Source: Octopus sinensis (lineage: Eukaryota). Taken from it: a stretch of DNA of 62,000 nucleotides. The notes below the pieces were generated by a model, which made no database searches, was not told the DNA's origin, and saw nothing but the letters and a program-made list of their open reading frames with translations. This document shows, one piece after another, positions 25,097 to 37,465 of the stretch. Every line of letters starts with the position of its first letter. Positions within the stretch are counted from its first letter, which is position 1. The DNA is taken from assembly GCF_006345805.1 (NCBI RefSeq), contig NW_021832244.1, positions 1 through 62,000 of the forward strand, given 5' to 3'. The position numbers and the translations under genes are program-made.

Positions 25097-25690
25097 TTAG
25101 TTTTTTGACGTCACTTCGGATAGAATCCAGGTTTCACAACCGGAGAGGAGAGTAGAGATCCCGACTGCTTGGTAGACACTCCATTTTGTTTTGTGGTTCA
25201 GATATTTGTTCTTAAAGACCCTTTTCACGAGTCCACCAAAAGCTTTGCAGAGAATTAGAAGCAGCAGCATCGAAGCAGCCATCCTGAAACATCGTCTGCG
25301 GTGGACGGGCCTCGTAGCAAGAATGAAAGAAGCCAGGCCGCCGCGTTAAATTTTATATGGTGAACTTTCCACTGGAAGAAGACTCCGTGGCCATCCCCTC
25401 CGTAGATACAATGATCAGCTGAAGCCAAGCCTAAAACTGACTGGAATCGATCTCAAAACCTGGTCATTGAAGCTCAGGACAGGCCCGGCTGGCATCATTC
25501 CATCTTCACTGTGACAAATAAATTTAAAGCTGAACATCAGAGGAAAGAGGAAGAGAAACGACAAGAAAGAAAATGGAGGCTGCAACAACGAAATCCTCCA
25601 CCACGGATCTCTTGTGAACTTTGAAACAGACAGATCCATGCAAGAATTGGCCGTTTTAGTTATCAGAGGCATAAACAGGGACAGAGGGGA
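25097..25690 (+). mobile_element. RTE-clade fragment with inverted 5' segment
   Basis: 25097-25245 on minus reads AFGGLVKRVF..TKWSVYQAVGISTLLSGCETW. 25245-25690 on plus reads LKHRLRWTG..ILYGELSTGRR.RGHPLRRYNDQLK. Both are RTE C-terminal motifs. Confidence 0.85.
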
Positions 25691-25994
25691 AGAAGTGGTC
25701 AAGATGAAACGAAATAAATTTTAATAGAACTCTTTAAATTTGTACACCGGGCAAAATGCTTACCGGCATCCTCCTTAACGGCATCGTCCCGTAGTCTTTA
25801 AAATAAGCCCCTCTTGAAAATTGGGGGTCTATGTAATCGACCTACACCCTCCTCTGAAATACCTGGCCTTGTGCTAGAATTTGAAATCAATACATATGTA
25901 CGTAACCACAATCCTACACACGCACATACATATATATAAGTAAATACACACACAGTTCAAATTTCGTCGGGGTTAGCATTGTCTTTCATCCTTT

Positions 25995-26169
25995 CGGAAC
26001 AGGATGTAAGGGGCTAAGGGAGAGAAAGCTTTGTTCCTGTACTCAATTGATACTCATTCACAGTGGAGTTACATAGTCGTTCCATTTAACACCCATAATA
26101 GAGTGGAGCTTCTTTTAGTTTTTTGACGTCACTTCGGGAAGACGTGGTCAAGATGAAACGAAATAAATT
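25995..26169. repeat. Direct duplicate of 24963-25120 joined to 25687-25719
   Basis: Near-identical GGAACAGGATGTAAGGGGCTAAGGG... block. The RTE body is absent between CACTTCGG and GAAGA. Confidence 0.88.
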
Positions 26170-27224
26170 ATCGGCCACACGATAAAACGCCGATGACGGC
26201 GGGTAACATAAAATGAAGTACCTTGCTCATGGATGGAATACTTTACTCAGTACATAATCTGTGACCTCTTGATCGTGAGTGCACCACACTAACTACTAAT
26301 TACAATGCATCTCAGTTAATCCGTTCGCTCTTTGTGGAGCAGACGCCATTGACGACTTTTTAAATCTGATCTCGATTCAGAGATTTCTTTTTTTTTTTGT
26401 TTTTGCTTCTCATCAAGTCGGATCTTTGCTTTTTCAATTCTGCTTCGTTACCCCACCCCTGCATATGTCTCCTGAGAGAAGGCCTTCATCTCTCAGGACG
26501 TGCAAGTCTTGTTGGTTTCGAATTTGCATCGATGCTTCTGCAACTTTGCTTTTTATCTAGGTAGGAGTGTTGGCCCGAGCACAGCCATTTTTACCTCTGG
26601 GGAAAAAATGGACCATATTAACCTGGCTTCTATCTTTGACCTGTCCAACACGGAAAGCCTTACCAAGACCATACTCTCCACTAGAATAGTTCTCAAGGTC
26701 ATAAAGGCATAAACACCACCACATCACCACAAGGACTAGACCTACTGGCAGACATTGTATCTAGAAATTCATTTTTCAACATGTCTTTCTAACCTTTTAA
26801 GACTGTTCCGTGTGATCTGAGAAACAAGCTGCTGCTATTTCTCGTATCAAGACAACACCAACATAGGACAATAACTCCCTAGGACAATTATCCCCTCTCT
26901 AATATATTAAGAAGTTGTAAATCATCATGTGTTGTCCTCAGGGTTAATTTTCCTTGGTGGGTAAATGTCCTTGACTCGCTATTTCTATCAGGTCAAGAAG
27001 CGATATTATGTCGCTTGTAATTGAGAAGTTGCATTAAATAAAATTAGAGGTCAATACAATTCTCTTGTATATATACACACTTGACATCAAGCGATTATGA
27101 CCCTCATCCATTTGTTCGATAAAATAATTAGCAGTTAAATACTGGGACCGATGTAATCGACTTAGCCGCGCCCAAAATTGCCGGCCTTGCGTCGGAACTT
27201 GAAACAAATCTTACTATGTTGCAA

Positions 27225-27430
27225 GGCGGCGAGCTGGCAGAATCGTTAGCACGTCGGGCAAAATGCTTAGCAGCATTTCGTTTGTCTTTTACGTTCTGAG
27301 TTCAAATTCCGCCGAGGTCAACTTTGCATTTCCGAGGTCGATAAAATAAATACCAGTTGAATGCTGGGGTCGATGTATTCGACTTATCCTCTCCCCGAAA
27401 TTGCTGGCCTTGTGTCAAAGTTTGAAATCA
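27225..27430 (+). mobile_element. SINE family A (tail 2)
   Basis: GGCGGCGAGCTGGCAGAATCGTTAGC head and TTGCTGGCCTTGTGTCAAAGTTTGAAATC tail. Confidence 0.85.
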
Positions 27431-27441
27431 GTGATATAATG

Positions 27442-27647
27442 CAGTAATCACTCGCCATATCGCGGTTCACCTATCGCGCACTCAGTACATCACGGATTTT
27501 TCTGGCTAATATATGTAAATTTATATCGCGGTCTCCTCAGTTTATCGCGGGTTTCTGCAGCCGATAGGTATATATATATTTTTCAAATTTTAGTTATTTC
27601 TAGGGAATGTTTTGGAACGTAACACCCGTGATAGTCGAAGCATTATG
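27442..27647. mobile_element. Possible pogo/Tigger-type MITE
   Basis: Ends CAGTAATCACTCG.. and ..CGAAGCATTATGTA resemble degenerate TA-CAGTAATCCCTCG TIRs. Confidence 0.45.
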
Positions 27648-27707
27648 TACTTATAAGAAAGAAAAATTAAAAATTAAACACAGTTTAATACACATCATTG
27701 TCACAGA

Positions 27708-27945
27708 CATTGCTGCGTAGTTAAGAAGCTCGGTTTACAAACACGTGGTTTCAGGTTCAGTCCCACTGTGGGACATGTTGGTAAAGTGTCTTCCACTATA
27801 GGCCCGGGCCAATTAATTTCTTGTGAGTGAATTTGCTAACCCTGGGGCTATAGTAGAAAACATTTGCCCAAGATGCTACGCAGTGGGGCTGAACCTGGAA
27901 CCACGTGATTACAAAAAGTACTTCTCTACCACACAGCCATATCTG
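27708..27945. mobile_element. Tail-to-tail pair of truncated family B SINEs
   Basis: A plus copy at ~27708-27835 is followed by a minus copy at ~27843-27945. Confidence 0.7.
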
Positions 27946-28167
27946 TACCGATAAGTTATGGGTTATATGATTGGAATTTTTGGTGAGTACAGCATAATTT
28001 CAAAGAAATTTAGCTGCTATTTCTACCATATCATACAGCCACTTACTATGTCTGTCGCTTAGATATAACCAGGCCAATGTAACCACAGTGTCACAACATT
28101 CACTGACTGAAAGGACATTAGTCAATAATTAATGATAATTAGATAACATTTATTAACGTTTTTTACA

Positions 28168-28277
<110 letters not shown>

Positions 28278-28671
28278 ACATATAGACACGCATACAAATA
28301 TACAAATAAATATATCCGTAAATATATATATAGATATGTCTTTACACCAAGATAAATATATACACCGCAACGTATATACGCATACAAATATTTTATAAAA
28401 AATGTCTGGTATATAGAATATTAAAATAAGGAAATGTGATATAAAATATATATATAAATCTAAAATATAAAATTTGAATATATAAAAGAAATTTAATATA
28501 TAAAGAAAAATGAGTAAAAATGAGTAAAAAATAAACTCTTAAATTTGTAAAACAGTCGAAGATTTTCTTAAAAGTCTGATGTAAAATATAAAATGTGAAG
28601 TCGAAATATGTCCTAGCATCGTGATACAAAACACCTATATATAAGGTGTAAAACCAATTTCAAATGCGAAA

Positions 28672-28709
28672 GTCAAAAGTTTTACTCACACGAGATTTCT
28701 TCAGTTGAC
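28672..28709 (-). ncRNA. Degenerate hammerhead motif 70 nt downstream of the PLE ORF
   Basis: GUCAA-CUGAAGA-AAU CUC GUGU GAG U-AAAA-C-UU-UUGAC. Helix I is a perfect 5 bp and CUGAAGA is canonical; GAAA and helix III are damaged. Confidence 0.55.
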
Positions 28710-28778
28710 ATTTTAAACCTCACAGCGTGCCTGAAGGAATTTAAGAGCTCGCGTCTCTGGTTCAATGCCTGTTTATCC

Positions 28779-29306
28779 TTAAAATAGGATGAAGAACTTT
28801 TCTGAGAGGCAAAGATGACATTTTATAGGTCTTCTATAAGCTCCATGCTTGTATGATGATGCTTCTGCCAAAATTGTCCAGCTGATATTGAAAGGACGGG
28901 TGTCATTCTCCTTCAATTCCCAGATATGTTTTGCAAGACTTGTTGCTCTCCTGTTCTCGGGGTATCGAAAAGAATTTCGGTGGGAATAAAATCGTGTCTT
29001 GAATGGATTTTTTGAAGCCCTTGTGTAAGTTTTACATTCTTGTGAGCCATCTATTTGCACTTTAGCTCGATAAACAATTCCTTTTTCAAGACATTTACAT
29101 TCCAAAGGATAGCAAGTCTTATCTTTCAAGTTACATTTTCTCAGATTAGATTCGACACTGTGGTTGTTTGTAATAATTTTTGTGTTATGCTGATTAATAA
29201 AAGAGGCGAAGTTTTTGCAACAAGAATAGCTAACTTTCAGTGTTCTCTTATTAAAAATTCTACAGACTTTATGGCTAGATTGAAAATGTTTAGAAACTAA
29301 TTTCAA
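28779..29306 (-). pseudogene. PLE GIY-YIG endonuclease region (175-aa open segment)
   Basis: ORF track plus PLE endonuclease motifs; the upstream RT is broken by stops and frameshifts. Confidence 0.85.
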
Positions 29307-30970
29307 TAATCCCTTATCTACGTTATGAGAGCTGTTACGGCAATATTAAATGCTGAATTAAACCACAAAATATTCCTAGTTCTAGTTCTACGCGGTCTAT
29401 TATTATTAGAATTAGCTTGACTATGCTGTATCTTCTCCAAGAATCCACTTTTTCTTAATGCATTATTATAACACGGCGTGGCATTGTGAAATGCTGCCTT
29501 ATCTGAAGATATTGATGATATGCGCCTTTCTATATTACTAACTAGGTTGTTAAGAATTACGGGTGGATGATTTGATTCTTTACTAATAAACTTATCTTTT
29601 CATTGGGCTTTCGATAGGGTTTAAATTTATCTAATTTCAAATTTAAGTTGATATCTAAAAAAATCTACGTTATTAAGGTTACTTTCTATCGTAATCCCTA
29701 AGCCCACTTTTGGGAAGAAAGTAATCAGATTCTTCCTAAGTTTATCTAACTCATGGCCATTTAAATTACGGGTGACATTAAGATCGTCATCCCTGTATAA
29801 TCCCTGCATCTATAAAAGGGAATTCTAGATGCAGGTTATGCAAAATATAAGTTCTTATAAGCATACACAACTCCGCCCCATCGTGTGCCCCCATCGCCAC
29901 ATCGAATAGAGAATCCTCACTCTTTTTGACCCTGGTGGAATCATCGTAAAAAAGGGATTTCCTTACATGCAGGAAATTTCGGTGGGAATAAAACCGAGTC
30001 TTGAATGAATTTTACGAAGCCCCTGTGTAAGTTTTTAGCTCTATTCCGAGCTATTGTTGGTGACATACTGTTTTGCGAAGTCTAATGCTTTTAGAAGCAA
30101 AGGCCGAGATATTTACGGGTAAGAATCGATAATATTGAACTGCGTAAATCTGCAGTTATGCTTATGGCTAATTCCTTTCAACCAATCTATCACTGATTTG
30201 CTATTTCTCCAAACCCGTAAATTTAATTCACTAACTTGCTTAAAATACGTTCTAAAATATATTTGCTAATAATGCCTATTTCAGTTTTAGCTGGGTTAAT
30301 TAGTCTCCATTTAGGGTTCCTATTAAAATTAGCTTTGTGGTCTTTCAGCGTAATAAAGTGTTGGCGTGGTGGGGAGGTATTCTATCCTATCGCTAACTTT
30401 AAGATTGTTAGCAATACTACTTGTCACCATTTGTTATTCTCTGATTTTCTTTTCGTTTTCTTCCTCTCACCTGTGACAACTAAATTGTATAAGCATACAC
30501 CGGGAGGTACTATGCGCGTGCGTGTGTGTGCGTGCATACATATATATGCATTTGTATATATTTATGTTTTGCCTACATTTGTGTGTACATGTATGTATCC
30601 ATGTAACAACGCCTGTATGCTAAGTGTATATATGTATATATAGGTTGTTTGGTATGTGTATGTATTACTAAAAGCATATGTATTTTAGCGTGAAAGTTTT
30701 TTTATTCATTCAAATTTATTATTATTTTTTACCCCTAATTTTTTACCCTGGGTATTCAGGTCCTTTTTCCATCTACATAAGCTATTTTTGAATTAAGGTT
30801 TTCTTCGATTTTTATATGATATTTTAAACCGCAATTGTAATTTCATGCGACCGGCTATTGTAAAGAGCCTTAGTTGAAAGGACCAATGAAACAAAACCAT
30901 TTTCAAATCTGTATCTATCAGAGTAACAGTATATTTATGCATATAACCTTATTTTGTTCCATTCTCAACC

Positions 30971-31019
30971 CAAACTGTTAGACGAAAGGGGAAAGTGAAA
31001 CTCTGAGTAACAAGTTTTG
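30971..31019 (+). ncRNA. Second family-E hammerhead-like motif
   Basis: AAACUGU-UAGACGA-AAGGGGAAAGU-GAAA-CUC U GAG-UA-ACAAGUUUUG. The downstream tail matches 17251-17290. Confidence 0.5.
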
Positions 31020-31267
31020 TGATATTTTTGTTGCTTTTTAATAAAATATATATAAAAAATATATATGCAAAGGGCTTCTTCCAGTTTCCGTCTACTAAAT
31101 CCACTAAGAAGGATTTCATCGGCCCGAGGATATAGTAGAAGTCACTTAAACAACGTGTTATTTATATATATGTTGTATATGTACGTACATAGCTTGTATA
31201 TATGTATATATATACATATATATATGTGTGTGCGTGTGTGTGTGTGTGTACATGTATGTAGACATGT

Positions 31268-31672
31268 AGGTGCAGGTGTGGCTGTGTGGTAAGTAGCTTG
31301 ATTATCAACCACATGCACATGGTTCCGGGTTCATTCCCACTACGTAGCACCTTGGGCAAGTGTCTTCTACTATAGCCATGGGACGACCAAAGTCTTGTGA
31401 GTGGATTTGGTAGACGGAAACTGAAAGAAGCCCGTCGTATATATATGCATGTGTGTGTATATGTTTGTGGTGTCTGTGTTTGTCCTCCCAACATCGCTTG
31501 TCAACTGATACTGGTGTGTTTACGCCCCCGTAACTTAGCGGTTCGGCAAAAGACATCGATAGAATAAGTACTAGGCTTACAAACACTAAGTCCTGGTGTC
31601 GATTTGCTCGACTAAAGGCGGTGCTCCAGCATGGCCGCAGTCAAATGACTGAAACAAATAAAAGAGTAAAAG
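31268..31672 (+). mobile_element. Full bipartite SINE B/C
   Basis: A/B boxes, CACCTTGGGCAAGTGTCTT core, short internal microsatellite and C module. Confidence 0.88.
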
Positions 31673-31716
31673 AGAGAATAAAAAAAAATATGGATGTATG
31701 GTGGTGTATATATATA

Positions 31717-31770
<54 letters not shown>

Positions 31771-32484
31771 TACACACTATGAATAAATGCAACACAGGTA
31801 ATTACTTGTGAGTTGCTTATTAAAATAAACACACTTGTGTGCGTGTGTGTAATATTCATGTCTATATAAATATATATGTGTGTGGCTGACTATTTGTATA
31901 CCTGTGTGTACAAATGCGTCTATGAATGTGTGTGTGTGTGTACACCTTCCTAGCTCGTGACGTCATCGAAAGACAGGCGGTGCTGGACACACAATCCTAG
32001 CTGACGCCAGGTAGATTTCATTAAGAACTTGCATATAACCACCTTCTCCTCTCTGTCTACCACTGTGCTGTGTGTGTACGCGTGTGTGCATACGTGTGCG
32101 TACTTGTGTGCGTGAGTGTATATATATATATAATATATATATTATATATATATATATCCCACTGTATATAGTGTGTGCGTGCGTGTTGCGTGTCTTTGTA
32201 TGTTGCAAGCGGTAAGCTACCCTTCGTTGTCAGTTGATTATTAGAAATGAGTGAAGCATTCAGAGAATTAGTGAGTGACAGAAAGAGGTATGGTGAGAGG
32301 GAGGAGAATGAGCATGAGTGAGAGTGAGAGTGAGAGAGAGAGAGGAAGAGGTAGAGGAAGGGTGAAGTAATTTAAAGAGTGAAACTGTGTGGATTGGTTC
32401 GTTGATATATGTCAGTGTGTGAGCGCGTCTGTCTGTCTCTGTGCGTGTGTCTGTAATTTTTGTACGTTCGATTTCGTATACATA

Positions 32485-32907
32485 TACTCTTTTACTTGTT
32501 TCAGTCATTTGAATGCGGCCATGCTGGAGCACCGCCTTTAGACGAGCAAATCGACCACAGGGCTTATTCTTTGTATGCCCAGTACTTATTCTATCGGTCT
32601 CTTTTGCCGAACCACTAAGTTACGGTGTCGTAAACACACCAGCATCGGTTGTCAAGCGATGTTAGGGTGACAAACACAGACACACAAACACACATACACA
32701 CACACACAAACACACACACGCACACACATGCACACACACACACACATACACATATATACGACGGGCTTCTTTCAGTTTCCGTCTACCAAATCCACTCACA
32801 AGGCTTTGGTTGGCCCAAGGCTATAGTAGAAGACACTTGCCCAAGGTGCCACGCAGTGGGACTGGATCCTGGAAACATGTGGTTGGTAAGCAAGCTACTT
32901 ACCACAC
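32485..32907 (-). mobile_element. Bipartite SINE B/C
   Basis: Same modules in reverse complement, with an expanded internal (CA)n. Confidence 0.88.
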
Positions 32908-33022
32908 TAAATTTCTATAGTCACACAGGCACACGCATTATCCCATACATGCACACACTATCACACGGATATATTTGCGAATATTTGCGTACATATATGC
33001 ATACATACCTACACACATGTCC

Positions 33023-33116
<94 letters not shown>

Positions 33117-33118
33117 GA

Positions 33119-33343
33119 GGCGAGCTGGCAGAAACGTTAGCGCGCCGGGCGAAATGCTTGGCGGCATTTCGTCTGTCGTTACGTTCTGAGTTCAAATTCT
33201 GCCGAGGTCGACTTTGCCTTTCATCCTTTCGGGGTCGATAAATAAAGTACCAGTTTCGCACGGGGGTCGATGTAATCGACTTAATCCCTTTGTATGTCTT
33301 TGTTTGTCTCTTCTTTGTTTGTCTCTTGTGGGTAGTAAAGAAT
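33119..33343 (+). mobile_element. SINE family A (tail 1)
   Basis: Homologous to 14993-15207. Confidence 0.88.
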
Positions 33344-33837
33344 ATATATATATAGAGAGAGAGAGAGAATTATAGACAAACACACTTATATGTCTGGGGT
33401 AAAATGAGTAATTTCTGATTTCTCGATATTTTCTTCCTACCTGTTTGAAATTATTGCATTGCAAGAATTGCAGAACCATTTTGTACTGTTGCGTCATCTT
33501 TAGGAGTAAAATTAATCAGTATTGTTGTTGTTGCGGTTGTTGTTGTTCTTCTTCTTTGGAGTGTTTGTAACTCAGTGAGTTCACAGACACTTTTTTCAAG
33601 GAATTTGTACTCAACTTTGACCCGACAGTATTCGAGATGGCTAATAAGATGATAATTGAGTATTTAACAATGAAAACTATTTCTTTTGTTGGATTATAAG
33701 TCAATTTTCCCCACACTGATGTCTAATTTGAACATTTTTCAATGTCCAAATTTCTAAAATGTGAGAAAATATTTTATTACTAAGTTCAATATTTTTTCTC
33801 TTAACTGCATGGTGAGTAAATATATATTCATTTCTAC

Positions 33838-34311
33838 TCTAGGCCCGAAATTTCTGGGAGGAGAACAGTCGATCAGATCGACCCCAGTACATAACTGGTA
33901 CTTAATTTATCGACCCCGAAAGGATATAAGGCAAAGTCGACCTCAGCGGAATTTGAACTCAGAACGTAGTGGCAGACAAAATACCTATTTCTTTACCGCC
34001 CACAAGGGGCTAAACAGAGAGTGGACGAACAAGGACAGACAAACGGATTAAGTCGATTATATCGACCCCAGTGCGTAACTGGTACATATTTAATCGACCC
34101 CGAAAGGATGAAAGGCAAAGGCGACCTCGGTGGAATGTGAACCCAGAACGTAGCGGCAGAAGAAATACCTATTTCTTTACTGTTCACATGGGGCTAAACA
34201 CAGAGGGGACAAACAAGGACAGTCAAACGGATTAAATCGATTATATCGACCCCAGAGCGTAACTGGTACTTAATTTTTTCGACCTCAGAACCTAACGGCA
34301 GACGAAATACG
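33838..34311 (-). mobile_element. SINE family A trimer (unit 184 bp)
   Basis: ATACCTATTTCTTTAC occurs at 33981 and 34165, giving period 184. The third unit is partly deleted and the terminal unit has a different tail. Confidence 0.85.
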
Positions 34312-34997
34312 GGCCACTCCAGCAGATCACGAAGAAGCTATAGACAATATTTTACGTTGTGTTTTGAGATTTAGATGAGCTTTTGAAATTTCTTATAACG
34401 TGTCATTTTTCCATGAGCCTCTTTCATTTGACCAAGATATCTTCAATTCTTGTGTAATTCCAGATCCTTTTTATGTTTAAGTATGGATATTGATGTGTAT
34501 GAGTATTTTGAAACCTATTTCTGCTGCTACTATTACTACTACCACCACTACTGCTGCTGCTACTACTACTACTACCAACTACTACTACTACAATAGCAAT
34601 TGTCATTGTTACAGTCTCCGCCATTTTATGCCTTTAACGTAACTAACGGTTTGTTCTTTCTTAAGTTTTTATCCGTTACTGCTCTTAGCGTCTTTTCTCT
34701 TTCCTTCTCTCACCGGTGCAGTTGTTCTTTTCCAGCGTTGCCGCAATTGTTTATATTGCTGGTGATAGTGTGTGTGTGTGTGGGGGGGTGATGCTGTTGC
34801 ATTTGTTGGTGTTGTTGTTGCCGTAGTCTTGCTGCTGCTGCTGCTGTTCTACTCCAATTGGTGTTACTTTTACTGCTTTCGTTTCCCCCCCTCCTCTTGT
34901 TCCTGTTGCTGCTGTTAGTGTCACAGTTGCTAACGCTGCACTTGTTGTTTCTTCTAATGATGCCATTATTAATAGTGTTGCTATTATTAGTCCTACA

Positions 34998-35194
34998 GCA
35001 GTGGCTGTGTGGTAAGTAGCTTGCTTAGCAACCAACCACATGGTTCCGGGTTCAGTCCCACTGCGTGGCTCCTTATACAAGGGTCTTCTACTATCGCCTT
35101 GGGCCGACCAAAACCTTGTCAGTGGATTTGTTGGACGGAAACTGAAAGAAGCCCGTCGTATATATTTGTATATATATATGTATATATATATATC

Positions 35195-35241
<47 letters not shown>

Positions 35242-35393
35242 CATATATAAGTAGCTTGCTTACCAACCACATGGTTCCGGGTTCAGTCCCACTGCGTGGT
35301 ACCTTGTGCAAGTGGTGGCTTCTACTATAGACTTGAGCTGACCAAAGCATTGAGAGTGGATTTGTTGGACAGAAACTGAAAGAAGCCCGTCGT
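34998..35393 (+). mobile_element. Two tandem family B modules separated by (TA)n
   Basis: 34998-35160 and ~35248-35393 both end GAAAGAAGCCCGTCGTA. Confidence 0.85.
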
Positions 35394-35409
35394 ATATATA
35401 TATATATAT

Positions 35410-35454
<45 letters not shown>

Positions 35455-35455
<1 letters not shown>

Positions 35456-36058
35456 CAACAATTGAGGGTAAAATTAATTAATTATTATCAATTTCACCAA
35501 GTATTCAGTATGTAAAGGGACCATTATAGGCGAATTCAAAATATTACATTATATATAAGGGCTTAGTAAAATAAATTACTTTGCCACATACTGAACTCAT
35601 TAGAAATAGCAGCTAAAGAAATTTCTTCAGCTATTTCTAATACTTAAAGAAGATCTCTCTCGGATAGTGTTTGCCTAAACTAACTCACAAAAGTATGGGG
35701 GAAAAAACATTAAAAAATCAAGTGCAAAGGTTAAAGAATTCTAGAGGTGATTAGAAGCCGAAAGGGTATGCTCCCGACTTTCAGTGTTCCCAAATCCGAT
35801 TCAAGGAATTCTGAGCTGAAGAAAGAAATGTCGAATTGACTAATCTAGAAACGTACGTTCTCAAATAACCTTTGCACTTGATTTTTTAATGTTTTTTCCC
35901 CCATACTTTTGTGAGTTAGTTTAGGCAAACACTATCTGAGAGAGATCTTCTTTAAGTATTAGAAATAGCTGAAGAAATTTCTTTAGCTGCTATTTCTAAT
36001 AAGTTCAGTATGTGGCAAAGTAATTTATTTTACTAAGCCCTTATATATAATGTAATAT
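35455..36058 (+). mobile_element. Fold-back insertion: 193-bp inverted arms, 132-bp loop with hammerhead, inside the SINE B/C microsatellite
   Basis: 35541-35733 versus 35866-36058 shows two mismatches by eye. (TA)n lies on both flanks, with the B module upstream and the C module at 36151-36369. Confidence 0.88.
35808..35866 (+). ncRNA. Type I hammerhead ribozyme with canonical core (predicted cleavage 35859/35860)
   Basis: AUU(C)UGAG-CUGAAGA-A AGA AAU GUC GAAUU GAC UAA UCU A-GAAA-CGUACG-UU-CUCA AAU. ACGUACGU is self-complementary (dimeric helix III). Confidence 0.72.
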
Positions 36059-36150
36059 ATATATATATATACGACGGGCTTCTATATATATATATATGAA
36101 TATATATATATGTATGTATATTCATATATATATATATATGTATGGATGTG

Positions 36151-36369
36151 TTTGTGTGTCTATGTTTGTCCCCCCCCCCCCAGCATTGCTTGACAACCGA
36201 TGTTGGTGAGTTTACCCCCCCCCCGTAACTTCGCGGTTCGGCAAAAAAAACGAGAGAAGAAGTACTAGGCTTAAAAAAATTAGTCCTGGGGATCGATTTG
36301 TTCGACTAAAGACGGTGCTCTGGCATGGCCGCAGTCAAGACGACTGAATCAAATAAAAGAATAAAAGAA
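36151..36369 (+). mobile_element. SINE C module
   Basis: GCTTGACAACCGATGTTGG..CATGGCCGCAGTCAA..AAAAGAATAAAAGAA. Confidence 0.85.
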
Positions 36370-37061
36370 TAGTTGTTCACGTTTTTGTTGCTGTTGTTCT
36401 TAGAATTTCTAGCACCTTTGTTGTCATTATTGTTGCTGCTGGTGCTGTTATTGTTGCTGTAGTGTTAGTTAGGACCAAATCTTTAATAGTTTAACGCCTA
36501 TTCACTGTAAAATCAGTGTATGGCTGTATAACAACCAGTTTTAATGAAGTAACAGCGAACCTGTTTCGCCTTTAGAGTTGTCCTATTTCAGAAAAAGGAC
36601 AGACCTTTAAGTTGTTATTCATTTTATTTTCCTACCATCCTGCCACCATACCTCCCTATTTTCCCACCATTCTACAATTCTATCAACCCCTCTCCCGATT
36701 TTCTTACGATCTTACCTTCCTACCACCCTATCTCTCTATCAGCCAACCATCCTATCATTTTATTTTTCAAACTCCACCTTTTAGCATCCTAACACCTTAT
36801 CTTCCTACAATCCTGCGCGCTAAATCTTCCATTCGTAACACCATCCAGTACTAACTTCCCGTCTGCCTACAATCCTGCCATCTTCAGTATCTCTCTCCAT
36901 GCCATCCAAATATCCTACATAGCAACATGACTGATTTGACATAATTGTTCTCCTAGAAGCTTCCCGCACTCTCCTTTTTTTAAATATCTCACATCACTAC
37001 GACGGCGTCAACCACCACTAGCAACACCTATACAACCAACATCACCACCAACAATAACAGT

Positions 37062-37465
37062 GGAGGCGCAATGGCTCAGTGGTTAGAGCAGCGGACTCGC
37101 AGACGGAGGATCGCGGTTTCGATTCCCAGACCGGGCGTTGTGTGTGTTTATTGAGCCAAAACACCTAAAGCTCCACGAGGCTCCGGCAGGGGGTGGTGGC
37201 GACCCCTGTTGTACTCTTTCGCACCGACTTTCTCTCACTCTTTTTTACTGTTTCTTGTCCCCGAATTCCTACGCAATCGCTGAGCCTGGATGCGCATTCA
37301 TCCATTCGACGATGCTCTCAGTGTCGGAGCTTGACCTGCTTTCTCTCCTGCGGGTCTTACGAATAGCAAAGGACCAAGTTTCGGACTTCTCCCACTGCAG
37401 ACAATCCTCAGGCGCGATCTTGCGAGCTCTAGGACGAAGGCCGCTTCGCTCAACAAACAAACAAC
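37062..37465 (+). mobile_element. tRNA-derived SINE (family R, tail type 2)
   Basis: GGAGGCGCAATGGCTCAGTGGTTAGAGC..GGTTTCGATTCCC head; ends in (CAAA)n. Confidence 0.88.

Larger units (their letters stand above)
28395..30450 (-). mobile_element. Degenerate Penelope-like element (second family): RT, GIY-YIG, hammerhead-like motif, AT-rich tail
   Basis: The minus strand reads [77 protein letters not shown] and CHLCLSEK. Confidence 0.9.

Noticed and set aside
37062-37137. tRNA gene
   Set aside because: A and B boxes are present but there is no closed acceptor stem, and it continues into a repeated SINE body.
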